From Squalus acanthias (taxonomy: Eukaryota): 64,000 bases of DNA. How positions within the stretch are numbered: the stretch's first letter is position 1; each line of letters begins with the position of its first letter. The position numbers and the translations under genes are program-made. Location of the stretch: contig CM059432.1 in assembly GCA_030390025.1 (NCBI GenBank), forward strand, positions 90,894,001-90,958,000. Direction: 5' to 3'. Positions 11,160-24,290 of the stretch are shown here, in pieces. Below the pieces are notes generated by a model. That model was not told the origin of the DNA and did no database searches. It was given only the letters and a program-made list of their open reading frames with translations.

Positions 11160-12039
11160 GGGGGAAAAATTCAGTATCGCCCCGTTTGGGGTGCAATTAT
11201 CGGCCGGGCGCAAAGATTAGCGCCTGGCTCTAATTATCACCTCCGACTGCAAACTTGACTTTTATCGCCCCTGGAGGTGATTGGAGCACTAAATCAGGCG
11301 CTACACATCTGTCTTAAGGTGCAAAGGCCGAGGAGCAAGGCGCTAACTCAGAGCGCTGGCGAAGCTCATGTGATGTCAGTCAGCAATGGAACACAGACAC
11401 AATGGCCCTGGCCAGTTCTTAAAGGGGAGGGTTGATCTTGCTTTCCATCCACATCCTGCTCATTGCAGCCTTGAATCTCGGCCTGGAGAGACCTGTACAT
11501 CAAATCTGCTGGAAAGAACAATGGAGAGGTACAGGGAAAGAGCTCAGAGTGCAGCCCCCACGGTCTCTTTTAAATCGATACAAGGAAGGGCAAATCAAAA
11601 TTAACCTGCAAAGTGCTGCTCAGTACCCAAAACTCCTTCACACAGCGTTGAATCTCTCCAGAAGTCTCTCTCTCTCTCTCAGAATGTGTGGTTCAAAAAT
11701 GTCGCCAACAAAAAAAGGCAGGAAGCGGTCGCCTTTAAATAGCGCTCCCCCAGTCCCTTCCTGACTGCAAAACGCTCCCCTCAACCTGTCGTTGCTAGCG
11801 GCAGGCGGTAAGGCAGGGGGCGCCACTCAATATCCACTCCGGGGCGTTGCGCACTCGACTGACGTCACGATCTGCCGGCACTGGAGATCGTGCCGGTACT
11901 GTTTAGTGCCGCCGCAAAATGTCTAGTTAATTTCGCGAGCGGCGCAAACATCGCCGCGCCCTGGCGCTCGTTGATTTGCGCCCCATTAGCGCCCTCTTAA
12001 GGCGCTAACGGGAGGCGCAACCAACTGAATTTTTCCCCC
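11160..12039. mobile_element. 880-bp Harbinger MITE, internal-deletion derivative of the 24931/50962 family
   Basis: TIR GGGGGAAAAATT at both ends, TSD TAT/TAT; ends align to 50962-51340 (including the Myb ATG) and about 54680-55110. Confidence 0.9.
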
Positions 12040-12144
12040 TATAACACTTCGCAGTGATGCTGGCCTTTCACTTTAAAAAACCCAGAGGCAATTAAACCTA
12101 GTAAGGTCATTTTGATTCACTGTGAATCACCTGAAGACAACAGA

Positions 12145-12385
12145 GGGCTTATTTTACCTTTCGGCGGTGGCCTGTTATACACCCTGCCCAATTTTGCATT
12201 CCATTGAACTCAAAGGGACTGACTTTAACTTTTGGTGGTTGTGGAAAATGGGTGGCAGTAGATCCAACTGACCCGATTTTATTTCCATTGAAGACGATGG
12301 AATGGAAAATTGAGCGGGGTGTATAACAGGCAGCTGAATCACTACCGCCCATTTTCTGTCACGACCGAAAGTTAGAATCAATCCT
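12145..12385. mobile_element. Small MITE (superfamily uncertain)
   Basis: Imperfect TIR gggcttattttacctttcggcggtg vs reverse complement ggattgattctaactttcggtcgtg; internal ccattgaa..caa.gg palindromic motifs. Confidence 0.5.
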
Positions 12386-13284
12386 CATTTGCCTCGGTAT
12401 GGAAAACTATTGGAAATAGTAGTGCACTGCATGTCAATGAACATCTCCCAAAGCTCAGGGAGTATTGCACTAACATTTTAATGCCATTTGGAAGGCAATA
12501 AGAGGTTGAGCTATTGTACTTCTGTTATTGAGGCCGAGTGTTAGGAGAAGGAATATATATTATGCCTACTATTTTGTAGCTTCGAAACGATACAAGACTT
12601 TTTAATTTGAGGAAATTAGGAACAAATCTCTATAAGGGAGCTGTATCAGGCACTTTATTTATGAAATGTTCTGACACAGATTCATAAAATGCCCACTTCC
12701 ACATAGTCGTGAAGGAGTGCTATGAAAAGTTTCTACCTGCCCTGATGGTGGACAGATGACTTTACCAAGTACCTGTACGTAATAGCTACACCCCTGCACC
12801 CTAAGCAATGACATATTTATCATAACTGACTTCTGCAAAGTGACTTGGGGAATTGGTGCTTCAAATGATGCAAGTTGTTCCTCAGAGTCAATCTGCATAA
12901 GGAGTTAAATTTTCCCTAGACATCACTTTGCAGGATCCTGGTTACAGACTATGTCAAGATTTGTCTCTCAATAGGAATACAAGTCCTTCAGTATTGCATA
13001 ATGTTCTTTAGATAGGACACAAAAATCATGCGAATATTACATGGTTGCAACCATTTTGTCCTGAATGCATTTTTTAACGTGGGAAGCATCTGATGTGCAA
13101 TGCAAGTGAAATGCAGGGAACTAGAACCATTAGAGCTACTGTCACTTTCCCAATGGTCATATCAGTGCCTACTTCACTGATGTTTATTATCAGTTCCACC
13201 GTCTGTGTCTGGAGTACCTTTGTGGGAAATAGGCAGCTAGAACCCGATCAATTGGTACAATAAAATTGAGTTTTTGGTAATTGT

Positions 13285-13868
13285 TGTGGGATTTCTCTCT
13301 GCCCCAAAGCAGACGGAGACGAGTGTGTACTGGTTCCAAGCGATCTTTATTCAAGCTCGTGCAGGGAGAGGCCCTCTCAGTCTGAGCTGAGACGGGAGTC
13401 TAATTTTTACATTCGAGCAGTTGGCTTATATACAATCTTACATCTTGTTTCCTTCACATCTTCGGGACTTGGCCAATTAATTTTCCAAGTCACGTACACT
13501 TAATCACATCTCCACAAAACACATCTTGTTTATCTCATTTGCCCTGTTTCCACATCTGCCATTGTTCTATCCAATTTACGTACGTTTAACCACATCTTCG
13601 CAAATCACATCTTGGCGGCCCATTGTTCAATGCATGGCCTCTTTGCCTTCTTTCACTTCCCCAATCATTGTGTAATATGCTTTTTCCAAATGTCTTTGTT
13701 CTGCCAGAATTCTCCTTTATTACATCAGCCGCTAATCTAACTTTTAACCCCTTCAGTAATTTTACAAATTCGTGATCCTGGCATGGAAATTCACCCGTGG
13801 GAGCACATATATGTAATTTAGGCACATGATCCCCATGATTTTCTATGCATTAGTTTAATTTTTTTACA
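13285..13868 (-). mobile_element. Solo LTR with 6-bp TSD
   Basis: TG...CA termini, TSD AATTGT (13279-13284, 13869-13874), minus-strand TATATAA near 13426-13432 and AATAAA near 13346-13351. Confidence 0.75.
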
Positions 13869-13989
13869 AATTGTAGGAAGCCCAACTTTGTGATGTGCAC
13901 GCCCAATGGGGAAAGCTCGACTTTGGGAGCACGAATTTGTAAAATTACCCTTTAGTTCTTAATTGGAATAGAGAAGCATTTAGCTAGTA

Positions 13990-14414
13990 CAGGAAACTTT
14001 CGTTTATCCGGCATCGACGGGACCGGCGTGGTGCCGGTTTATCGAAAGTACCGGATAACGGAGAGTTATATCTACCAAGGCTATTTTTAACAAAGAGACT
14101 CCAGGCAGCGCGGGAGAATCAACTCCTGCTACTGCAGTGTTTCGGACTTCCGACAGCGCCAGGAGGCCGAGTAGTGGCACTTTTGAAAAGTACCCCTACT
14201 GACTAAATCGGCGTTCGCGGACTCGGACTCAATCTCGGGATCGGCAACATTGCCGGTTATTTGAGAGGAGTTTTCGGAGCACTCGGTGTTCGCGGAGACT
14301 CGATTGTGAGTCGGCAACATTGCCGGTTATTTGAGAGGAGTTTTCGGAGGATGATTTTTGCCGGTTAAGCGAGAATTCCGGATATTTGGGTGCCGGATAA
14401 ACGAAAGTTTCCTG
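13990..14414. mobile_element. pogo/Tigger-like MITE
   Basis: 24-bp perfect TIR CAGGAAACTTTCGTTTATCCGGCA, TA TSD; internal ~39-bp duplication near 14242 and 14312. Confidence 0.85.
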
Positions 14415-14570
14415 TAATAAGGAACTTGCAGCTCCAGATCCAGAAATAGGCAGGCAGGGAAGAATCCAATACAATAGCAAAATACTGCGGATGCTGGAAA
14501 TCCGAAATAACAGCAGAAAACACTGGAAAAACTCAGCAAGCCAGGCAGCATCCGTGGAGAGAGAAACAGT

Positions 14571-14605
14571 GTTAACGTTTCAGGTCGAAGACCTTTCGTC
14601 AGAAC
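14571..14605 (-). ncRNA. Minimal hammerhead ribozyme motif (family B)
   Basis: gtt-CTGACGA-aaggtcttcgacct-GAAA-cg-TT-aac; palindromic AACGTT. Confidence 0.65.
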
Positions 14606-14924
14606 TGGAAAAAAGCAGGAAATGTAATAGATTTTAAAGCAAGTTTCGGGGCTGGGAAAGGGGGAGGGGATGAAAGAACAAAAGGGAAGGTCAGTGATAG
14701 GATAGAAAGCAGGAGAGGTTAAGTCACATTGAGAGATATTAAGAGATATTCAAGGCAAGAGGAGGTGGTAATGGGACAGGTTAAGGAACAAAGGATGGCT
14801 CTAGATGAAGTGTGAATTGCGCTGGCAGAATGAAGGACAGCTGCCATGTGGGAGGGAAGAAAAAAGGCCAAACAAAAAGTGGGGATAAAAAAAAATATAT
14901 ATATATAGGTGATAGGGGCCGAGG

Positions 14925-16176
14925 TTATGATCTGAAATTGTTGAACTCTATGTTGAGTCCAGGGGGCTGTAGCGTGCCTAATCGAAAGATGAGGTGCTGT
15001 TCCTCGAGCTTACGCTGAGCTTCCGTGGAACAATGTAAGAGGCCGAGGACGGTGAGGTCTGAGTGGGAATGGAGCGGTGAATTAAAGTGACAGGCCACCG
15101 GGAGCTCGGGGTCCCCCTTACGGACTGAACGGAGGTGTTCCGCAAAGCGGTCACCCAATCTGCGTTTTGTCTCCCCAATGTAGAGGAGACCACATCGTGA
15201 GCAGCGAATACAGTATACTAAATTGCAAGAAGTACAAGTAAATCGCTGTTTCACCTGGAAGGGATGTTTGGGGCCCTGGACAGTGGGAAGGGGGGAGGTA
15301 TAAGGGTATGTGTAGCATCTCCTGCGCTTGCACGGGAAGGTGCCGGGCGAAGGGGAAGGGGTGCTGGGGGTGGTAGAGGAGTGGACTAGGGTGTCGCGGA
15401 GGGAGCGGCCCCTACGGAATGCTGAAAGGGGAGGTGAGGGGAAGATGCGTTTGGTAGTGGGATCACGCTGGAGGTGGCGGAAATGGCGGAGGATGATCCG
15501 TTGAATGTGGAGGCTGGTGGGGTGAAAGGTGAGGACAAGGTGAACTCTATCGTGGTTCCGGGAGGGAGGGGCAGGGGTGAGGGCAGAAGTGCGGGAGATA
15601 GAGCGGACACGGTCGAGGGCCGTGTCAACCACAGTAGAGGGGAATCCTCGGTTGAGGAAAAAGGAAGACATGTCGGAAGCACTGGTATGGAAGGTGGCAT
15701 CGTCAGAGCAGATGCGGCGGAGACGGAGAAACTGGGAGAATGGAATAGAGTCTTTACAGGAGGCGGGGTGGGAGGAAGTGTAGTCCAGGTAGCTGTGGGA
15801 GTCAGTGGGCTTGTAGTGAATGTTTGTCAATAACCTATCCCCAGAGATGGAGAAGTCGAGGAAGGGAAGGGAAGAGTCAGAGATAGACCATGTGAAGGTG
15901 AGGGAAGGGTGGAAATTGGAAGCAAAGTGAATTAAATTTTCTAGTTCAGGGCGAGAGCAGGAGACGGCACCGATACAGTCATAAATGTACCGGAAAAAGA
16001 GGTGAGGGAGGGGACCCGAGTAGGACTGGAACAAAATGTGTTCCACATATCCTACGAAAAGGCAGGCATAGCTGGGACCCATGTGGATACCCATAGCAAC
16101 ACCTTTGATTTGGAGGAAATGAGTGAAGTCAAAGGAGAAGTTGTTTAATGTGAGAACAAGTTCAGCCAGGCGGAGG
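14925..16176 (-). pseudogene. Penelope family B RT-GIY-YIG ORF, truncated, catalytic YIDD altered to YIYD
   Basis: GVAMG, FRYIYDCIG, YKPTDSH, PCKRRRC linker, LVYCIRC...YIGET; first ~20 aa of ORF-track 14925-16238 lie outside the element. Confidence 0.85.
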
Positions 16177-16829
16177 AGAATCCAATATATGACCCGAAGG
16201 GATGCCCTCAATTTAGGGCACCATTGGAGGAGGAACAAAGTAACTTTTGTGGCCAGAATTTTATGAACAAAACAAACCTTGGTGCAAGGGCCTCCTTATT
16301 AGGATAATCATCTGCCCTCAATATATGAGTCACAAATAGGAACTCTCTGCATTCTTTCAGAAATGAGATATTCTCAAGTTACCCTCCACCTCGAACAAGA
16401 AGAGACAACTGAAGTTGCTCTGTACTGGAACATAGGTTCAAATTGGAAAGTCTTCGGAGAGTGATAGGCCTGACAGGCTCTGTGGACAGTGAGAGAAGGA
16501 AAAGAACTGTTCGATAAGAATATAGACCTCGGCCCTTCCCTCAATCTGTGTTCTGACCACCTAATTTAAATATATTTAAATGAGCGCCAGTGGTGCTGTA
16601 GCCCTGAATTTTCTCATTATATGCTTGTAATGCATTAGGATAAGTTAGAATGTGAAATACAAGACTCAGCTGTTTCCAGGATCAGGTAAGACTGGTGGAG
16701 GTGAAAGTTGCTGAAAAATTTACTGGTGATTTACATTTGGGATTGCTTTACTTTGGCATTCTGCATAATAGCATTGGACTTGCTTGTGACTGCTTGTAGA
16801 AGTATGAGATTTTGAACCCCCATGCACAG

Positions 16830-18560
16830 GGAGGGCTTTTCAGAACAGGTGTGGCATTCCCTATAGCCATGGCATTATCATGGAAAAGGAGGAAAGGATG
16901 GAGGAAAGAAGAGTTAGGCAGCATTTATAGAGGATACTTCCCACCAGATATTACTTTCCCCATACAGACAAAACAGATCCTATGAGGATCTTAGTGAGGA
17001 GATGTGTATTGCAAGAGTGCGTTTCAGCAAAAAAGCAATAGTGGAGCCTTGCCACCTACTGCATGAGGACCTGTAGCCACACTTATCCACCCATACAGCT
17101 CTGTCTGTGACTATGAAGGTGATGACTGCACTCAACTTTTATGGCACCAGATAATTTCAGACAGCCACAGGAGGTGTCTGTAATATCAGCTAGGATGCAC
17201 TACTGGCATGCATTTGTCAAGTGACTGATGCACTTTACAGGAAAGCTGGCAAAGTCATTGACTTGCACATTACAGCAAGGCAACAGTGAGATAGGACCAT
17301 CCAGTTTTATGGGGTTGCTGACTTTCTTAAGGTCTGGGTGCAAAAGATGGCACCCATGTTGTTTTGCAACCTCCTACAGACAGGCCCCTCAACTTCCTCA
17401 ACAAGAAGGGCTTCCACTCCCTGAATGTACAAGTGGTGACAATATGCAAAGCATCCTGCGAGATTTGCTGGAAGTTGTCATTGTTCTTTAAAATTGAACC
17501 CTCTTTGACCTCTTCAAGGAAGAAAATCATGTCAACAGAGGGTTGATAAATGACAAGGCCTACACCCTGCTCTATGAATAATGACACCACGAAGAATTGC
17601 CTGCACACCAGGAGATGAGTGCTACAGCAAGGCATATAGCATTACTAAAGTGGTCATTGAGAGGAACATCGAGATCTTAAAGGGGTGCTTTTTCTCCCTT
17701 GACAAGTCAGAAGGGGCTGTATAGTATGTTCCAGATTGCGCATCGCACATAGTTGGCCTTAGCTGCTTTGAAAGCTGAAGTACATGGAGGAGAGAATCAG
17801 GATGACCTTTATTCACAGAACTCTTCAGTGACTGCTCCAAGGCATCAGAGCACATCTGACCGCCAAAGTCTGCTCTGAGAGACATCAGTCTCAGACAGGT
17901 TGACTGCAGCCATTGCCATTCCACCAATCCCCGAATCTGTGTCCCCACTGATCAGCAAGCTAGCTTGTCTAATGGCAGCTATCAGATGCTGAAAGCTTTG
18001 AAAGATGCCAGCCTGCATCCCAGCTGCTAGGGTCTGGAAGCCAGTCCAAAGGTTACTGCTTCTTCTGTTGCGTACTGCCCCAGGACAGTAGAGATGGAGC
18101 CATTGACTGGTTGCTGGCCACTTATTGGATAATGGACTGCTGCAGGTTTCAGTGAAGCTTCCACACGTTCTATTGATGCCTGCAACAAAGAAAAGGCTTC
18201 CTTGATGCTGCTGCACACGAGGGCCCCATACTGAATCATCAATTGCTGCTCATCCTCAGAAACTGACCTCTCAGCCTTCCTTGAACATCCTTTTCAGAAA
18301 AATCTGCATGTGTTCTGGGATCCATGGGCAATCTTCTTAGCTGCTGCTGGGAAGGTGGCACATCCTCACCCACTCTCCATTCCTCCTGCCCTCATGCTCT
18401 ATGAATTATCCGGTGTCATGTCCTCACTCATGTCAATGCAGGAATTCATGCATACACTTCACCTCAACTTTCTGTCCTTCTTTATCATCATCCTCCTTGC
18501 CTTCATCATCTTCATAATCCACCAGGAAGAAGTATGTCCCCCCCGCCACCAAACATCTCG
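16830..18560 (+). pseudogene. Old decayed Harbinger element: transposase remnant (+) and probable Myb exon remnant (-)
   Basis: VAMKV.TALNFY.T and FLNKKGFHSLNVQVV motifs with many stops. Confidence 0.65.
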
Positions 18561-18619
18561 ATAACAGTAATTACTTGCATGCACAACCTTAAAACCCCTT
18601 TCTCCACTTTAAATACCAC

Positions 18620-19238
18620 GGGGGAGAAATTCGGTTACGCCCCATTTGGGGGCGGTAACCGAATTAGCGCCAGCCATTTAACGCCCGGCGTGGGAGTACT
18701 GCCCCAGCCGCTAAATTGGGCTTATCGCCCCGGCAACGAAGCGGAGCGCTATCTCGGGCGCTCCACTTCCTCTCGGGGCGGTGTCTGGGGCGAAAAGCAT
18801 GGTAGCACCGGCGCACTACGCGGCTGCTTCGCGTAGCGCTAATGCGTTTCATCACCCCTCCCCTTCCATTAAAGGGGAGGGACGCTGCGCACTCTGCAGG
18901 CCGTTTGACGGCCTCCACTAGCCCACCAGGGCGGCGTGGTGCCGTGGCTGCAGCGGTGCCGGTCTGCGCTATGGCCGCCACAAGGGGCCGACCTGGAGGT
19001 TGGCCAAAGCAATGAAATGGCGGTGTGGGGCGTAGCCGGGCTTCCCCTTTAATTACCGCCTCGCGAGCGGAGGTCGGCCCAGTTCACGACCCGTGAGGCT
19101 GTCGCTGACATCGCCCACGACAGCTTCACAGGGCTCAGCCAAATTTCTGTCGTGCGGTGGTAAGGGGCCGCACCCTGGCGCTAGGGGATTTGCGCCCTGG
19201 GGGAGCTAACGAGAGCAAACCAACCCAATTTTCCCCCC
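18620..19238. mobile_element. GC-rich Harbinger MITE related to the 24931 family
   Basis: TIR GGGGGAGAAATT / AATTTTCCCCCC; cgccccatttggggg and ttagcgcc subterminal motifs; flanks CAC/GTC do not form a TSD. Confidence 0.7.
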
Positions 19239-19401
19239 GTCATCTCTTACATCGGCTGTCTGATGTTGCCTGGGAGATTGCTAGCCTTCATCTAATGCAC
19301 TCAATGTCAAAAGGTGCAGTAGCTTTAGAATGTTGAGCCCACGTAAACAATAGACAGAGTACAAAGCAAAGGCTCAAACTGGTGTGTAACCAGAACACGC
19401 T

Positions 19402-20935
19402 GGGCACAAAATTTGGTTCCATGATGCCTGTTTTTTGGGCACTACGAGTACCCTTCGAGGTCCAAAATGGCGTCCGTGGCATGCGTGCACACTTTTGGTG
19501 CGAGTCGCGCCGGACGCCATATTGTTGAGGGCGTTCGAGCGCGCACAGTGAAGTATACAGAGTAGGCAGATCATGACGTGTGTAATGCTGATTTGATGCA
19601 GCAGTGCTGCCATTTTGGAGCTCCATGCTCCAGCTAACACCCTCTCTTAAGCTCGCACAGCTGAACACGCATTCAGCAGCAGGAAGGACCCCCAACCAGC
19701 GCTATTTAAAGGGATCATGAACTACTTTCAGGTTAGTTGCTAATTGATTTCTACTGGCTGTTGCTACGATTGTACAAGTGTTTGGTTCTTTCTAGAGTGC
19801 TTTAAAGTTGCTGAAGTCTATAGGGAGTGGTGTGACAGGTGCTGAAGGACTTTGTGCTGACTTCAAGGCTTCTGCACAAACCAGTTGCTCCCAGACATGG
19901 GTGCATTAGTAGGAATTCCCCTTAGAATACAGCATGACTTGGAGAATGAGCAGAGGCCACGTAAAGCAGGACAAACTGCTGGAAGAGGGAGGAGGAGGAG
20001 GGGGAGAAGTGCTCTCAGCAGGAGGCCATATCCGCCCAGGGTGTTCGGGAGCAGTTCTCCTACCTGAACCTTAGCGAGGAACAGCGTGTGAGACGTCTGT
20101 GCTTCAGTAAGGATGTCCTCAATGAAATCTGCCACCCGCTGTAGCCACAACTGCAACCTCAAAGCAGGGCAATGACCGCATTGCCAGTGGCTGTGAAGGT
20201 GACCGTGACCATGAAGATATTTGCAAGAACACGCAGTTTGCCGTCCACTGTTGCGTAAGGGAGGTCACTGAGGCTCTATTCAGAGAGCTAACTACATTTC
20301 ATTCTCTCGCCAGAGACCAGCAGGCAGAGCAAGCACGCAGCTTCGCGAGGATTGCAGGTTTCCCCATGGTGCAGGATGCCATTGATTGCACGCATGTCGC
20401 TTTGCAGGCCCCGCATGTCAACTCTGAGATGTATCGCAACCGAAAGAGATTCCATCCCATCAATTCCAGCTGGTGTGCAACCCTAGGCACTGAGTCATGC
20501 AGGTCAATGCTCGGTATCCTGGCAGCAGTCATGATGCCTTCATTCTGCCACAATCCATTTTGCCATCTGCATTTGAGACACAATGACAAACTAAAGGGTG
20601 GCTACTGGGCGACAAGGGCTATTCGCTGACGACGTGGCTCATGACTCCGGTGCGCAACCCACGCACACATGGGGAAGCAGGCATACAATGAAAGTCATGC
20701 TGCCACAGGAAATGTGATAGAGCAGACCATTGACGTGCTGAAACAATGCTTCCACTGCCTGGACCGCTCTGGAGGAGCCCTGCCGTGCTCGGCAGAGCGG
20801 GTGTCAAGATTCGTGATGGTCTGCTGCATGCTGCACAACCTCACCATCATGGGGGCACAGCCCTTGCCACCAGCGAGTGGGAGTAGGAGGAAGAGGAAGG
20901 GAGGAGGCAACCTTGACAGCCCCTTTCTGGCCAAG
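19402..20935 (+). mobile_element. Truncated Harbinger: TIR end plus decayed transposase
   Basis: TIR-like GGGCACAAAATT; GFPMVQDAIDCTHVAL, GDKGY, IEQTIDVLKQCFHCLDRSGG with frameshifts. Confidence 0.85.
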
Positions 20936-21164
20936 AAAGAATATATCAATAATTTAAGCACCACAGGTATCAATGTTGTTGAGTTTCTTAAAAAATGTAC
21001 ATGACTTCTAAGGGGCCAATCAAACACTATATTCAAATAATAAGGTTTTCAGAATTTCTCCATCTAAAAGCATCCATTTTCCACGCTGTAATATTTTATT
21101 TAAAATTGTGGTATTTGTCTTATAAGCCATGAGCACATAAAAGTGTTCTTTTTACAAAAGTCTA

Positions 21165-24100
21165 GGGCCGCAAAATTCAGATCCATAGCGCCCGTTTTTT
21201 GGGCGCTACAAGCGCCCTGAGAGGTCAAAATGGCGTCGGCGGCCCGCGCACACACATCTGGTGCGAGTCGCGCCAGACGCCATATTTGTGAGGGTGTTAG
21301 CGCGCGTGCAGTGAGCGTCCGCCGGAAGTATGCAGAGCAGGCAGATTATGACGTCAATCGGGTGTAACGCTGTTTGATGCCAGCACTGCCATTTTGGAGC
21401 TCAACATCTCGCAGTCTGCTGTTCACTGTTATGTAAAGGAGGTCACTGAGGCTCTCTTCCAAGAGAGCTGACTACATTTCATTTTCTCTTGTCAGAGAGC
21501 AACAGGTGGAGCGAGCACGTGGCTTTACGTGAATTGCAGGCTTCCCAATGGTGTAGGGTGCAATTGACTGCACGCACGTCGCTTTGCGGGCGCCTCATGT
21601 CAACTCTGAGATGTACTGCAACTGAAAGGGCTTCTACTCCCTCAACACCCAGCTGGTGTGCAACCATGCGCAGCGTATCATGCAGGTTAATGCCCAGTAT
21701 CATGACAACAGACATGACGCCTTCATTCTCTGGCAGTCCGCTGTGCCATCTGCATTTGAGCCACCACGACAAAGCAAACGGTGGCTCCTGGGCAAGAAGA
21801 GCTATCCATTGATGACATGGCTCATGACTCCGGTCCACAGCCCACGCACTCGTGGGCAGCATACAACAAAAGCCAAGCTGCCACACGAAAGTGTGATAAA
21901 GTACACCACTGGCTTACTGAAACAATGCTTCCACTGCTCAGAGCGCTCTGGAGGAGCCCTGCAGTACTCGACAGAGCCGAGGCAAAGATCTGTGGTGGTC
22001 TGCTGCATGTTGCACAACCTCGCTATCATGAGGGCACAGCCCTTGCTGCCAGCTATACGGCGAGCAGCTGAGGAGCAGGTGGAGGAAGAGGAGGAGGAGG
22101 AGGAGGAGAAAGAGGAAGGAAGGAGGCAACATAGACAGCCCTTTCTGGCCAGGCTGTCCGTGAAGAACTCATCGGACTGCGATACCAGTAAACACAACCT
22201 CAATTCTCCATTCATCAACAGTCCCACACTTTACCTTCCCTGTGTTACTGGCCATCACAGCGTCCGCTTGGCCACAATGCAAAAATAAAAGCCCATACTG
22301 CATACAAACATCAACTAATCACCCTTGTGAATTCCCTTAGTACCTGTCTTCTGTGTGCCTTTGCCTGTCTGAATGCCCCTACACAGTGCTGTGCCAGTGG
22401 CTAAGGCATGACTGGTGGAAGGTTGCTGACTTTCATGCTCCACGGAGCCACTGCCACTCCCCGGGGCGGCGACTCAGCAATCCTATTAATCTAGAGGACA
22501 GATTGCTGGACTGCTGTGATGCCCTGCAAGCCTCTTTGGAACACAGGTATCCGCAGCCATAGTGGTAGCAGTCTGAGCTTGCATGGCAGCAACCTGAGTT
22601 TGCATGGGAGCAGTATGTGCTTGTATGGCAGCAAGCTGAGTTTGCATGACAGCAAGCTGACCTTGCATGACAGAAGTTTGAGCTTACACTGCAGCACCCA
22701 GACGTTGGGTGGCTGCTGCTTGTGCTGCAATGGAAGCTGAGACATCGGCCATCAGACCCCGCATCATGGTTGGGTCCACAAGTGTGCTCGTGGAGTTGGC
22801 CACCACTTCCATGCTGGAAAGGACGGGCTCCAAGTTCTGCGCAAAACCCTGTGCCAAGTTGGTGCCAGACTCCTCCATGCTCCTTGACATTCCACGCAGG
22901 CTTTTTGGCAGGCTTGCCAATGCACCAAGCATTTCATTGTGCATACCCATCAGCCTTCTTCTGCAGCCCGCCTCATCGAAGTGCTCATCTGAGTCCTCTG
23001 CAGCAGAACTCGTGTGCGACTTCGTCCTCCAGCAAGCTGGCACCAGCACAACCCTTGCCCCCTGACCTGGCTGCAGGCAAATTGTGCCCGGTGTCTCACC
23101 ACATGCAGATTCACTTACACCATCTGCAGCTTGTAGATCAGAAGAGTTTGTGGGATGAGGGGGAAGTGGGATGTGAGAGAGGATTAGGTAGGAGGATACC
23201 ATCATCTTCTATGGTTTCAGCCCCGCCGTTGGCCACGGCCTCAGCAATGTCCACTCCTCAATGGGGGTAAGGACATGCAGGCAAGCCTGTCCCCTGCCAG
23301 TTAGCTCCTGCAGCCTCCGGTTGTGCGCCACCTTGTCCTGCAACAGAGAGAGAGGTGTGTCAGTAAGTGCGGTGCAATCTGTTTGGGTGATGTGGCTGAC
23401 AGTGTGTGCAAGCTGTGAGATGTGGGTGTGAGGCTTGCAGCAGTGCTAAGTGTGAGGGTGAGGTGAAGCTATGAATGTTAGGTATGAGTCCTGATTGATA
23501 GAGATCGTTGATAGGTGAGTGATGGGGGTGTGGTGCATTGAGTAGTGTCTGAGGCTAGTGGTGCAGTTGGTGGGGTATGACATTTGAAGATGAATTCACT
23601 GACCTTGATCACTCACGGGAGGTCATTGAACTTTCTGCGGCACTGCATCCAGGTCCTTGGGATTGACTCCTAGCATTGACCGCCACGACTGTCTGGTCCC
23701 TCTGCCTTCTGACCGTTTGTCTGGAGGGCCTCCTGGCCCCCTGTGGATACAGCACTTCTCTCCTCCTTTCCACCTCCTCCACCAAGGTCTCCAGAGCAGA
23801 GTCCGAGAACCTTGGAGCATGCTCTCTCCCAATTTATGCCAATATTCAGTCTTTTTCCACAAGGACTTACACCACCTGCTCTAGCTACAATGCCTTTAAG
23901 AGGTGCAGGCGGGCTTTAAGTAGTGCAGGCTAGCTTTAACTCGTGCTAGCCACTTACGATTTTGGGCCCCCTGCAGAGTAATATTTCCTCTTTTTTTTGA
24001 GCACGGTCCCATTAAATTTGCTCAGTATCTTCCAGCAGCAGCAGCTTGTGAGCAGCCTGTGCGGGACCTCACGATTGATGCGTAGCCGCGCAGCCGCGCG

Positions 24101-24290
24101 CCCACACACCTTAGGAGGTACATTGCTGCTTAGGCGTGCAGCAACTCAACAGCGCGGTTAGCACTGGCTACATGCCACAATCATAGTAATGAGCAGGCAG
24201 CACAAAGTTAGAGTATTACCTGCATCATATTGAACGAGCGTGGCGTAATCATGCATTGCGAGGTCTGCGCCACTATCCAGTTTAGCCCCC
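21165..24290. mobile_element. Decayed Harbinger with transposase remnant (+, about 21410-22195) and Myb gene remnant (-, about 22330-23820)
   Basis: Ends GGGCCGCAAAATT and AGTTTAGCCCCC; AIDCTHVAL and LKQCFHCSERSGG motifs; Myb exon ending QCRRKFNDL.RVIK|gtcagt. Confidence 0.8.
23979..24125. mobile_element. Small hAT-like MITE
   Basis: Degenerate TIR taatatttcctct / ggaggtacattg; 8-bp degenerate TSD CTGCAGAG / CTGCTTAG. Confidence 0.5.

Larger units (their letters stand above)
14472..16176 (-). mobile_element. 5'-truncated Penelope-like retrotransposon, family B (Neptune-type)
   Basis: RT + GIY-YIG ORF; TSD AGAATCCAATA at 14461-14471 and 16177-16187. Confidence 0.9.

Noticed and set aside
16361..16440. 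Possible upstream host exon after ttctttcag
   Set aside because: No convincing donor or coiled-coil similarity
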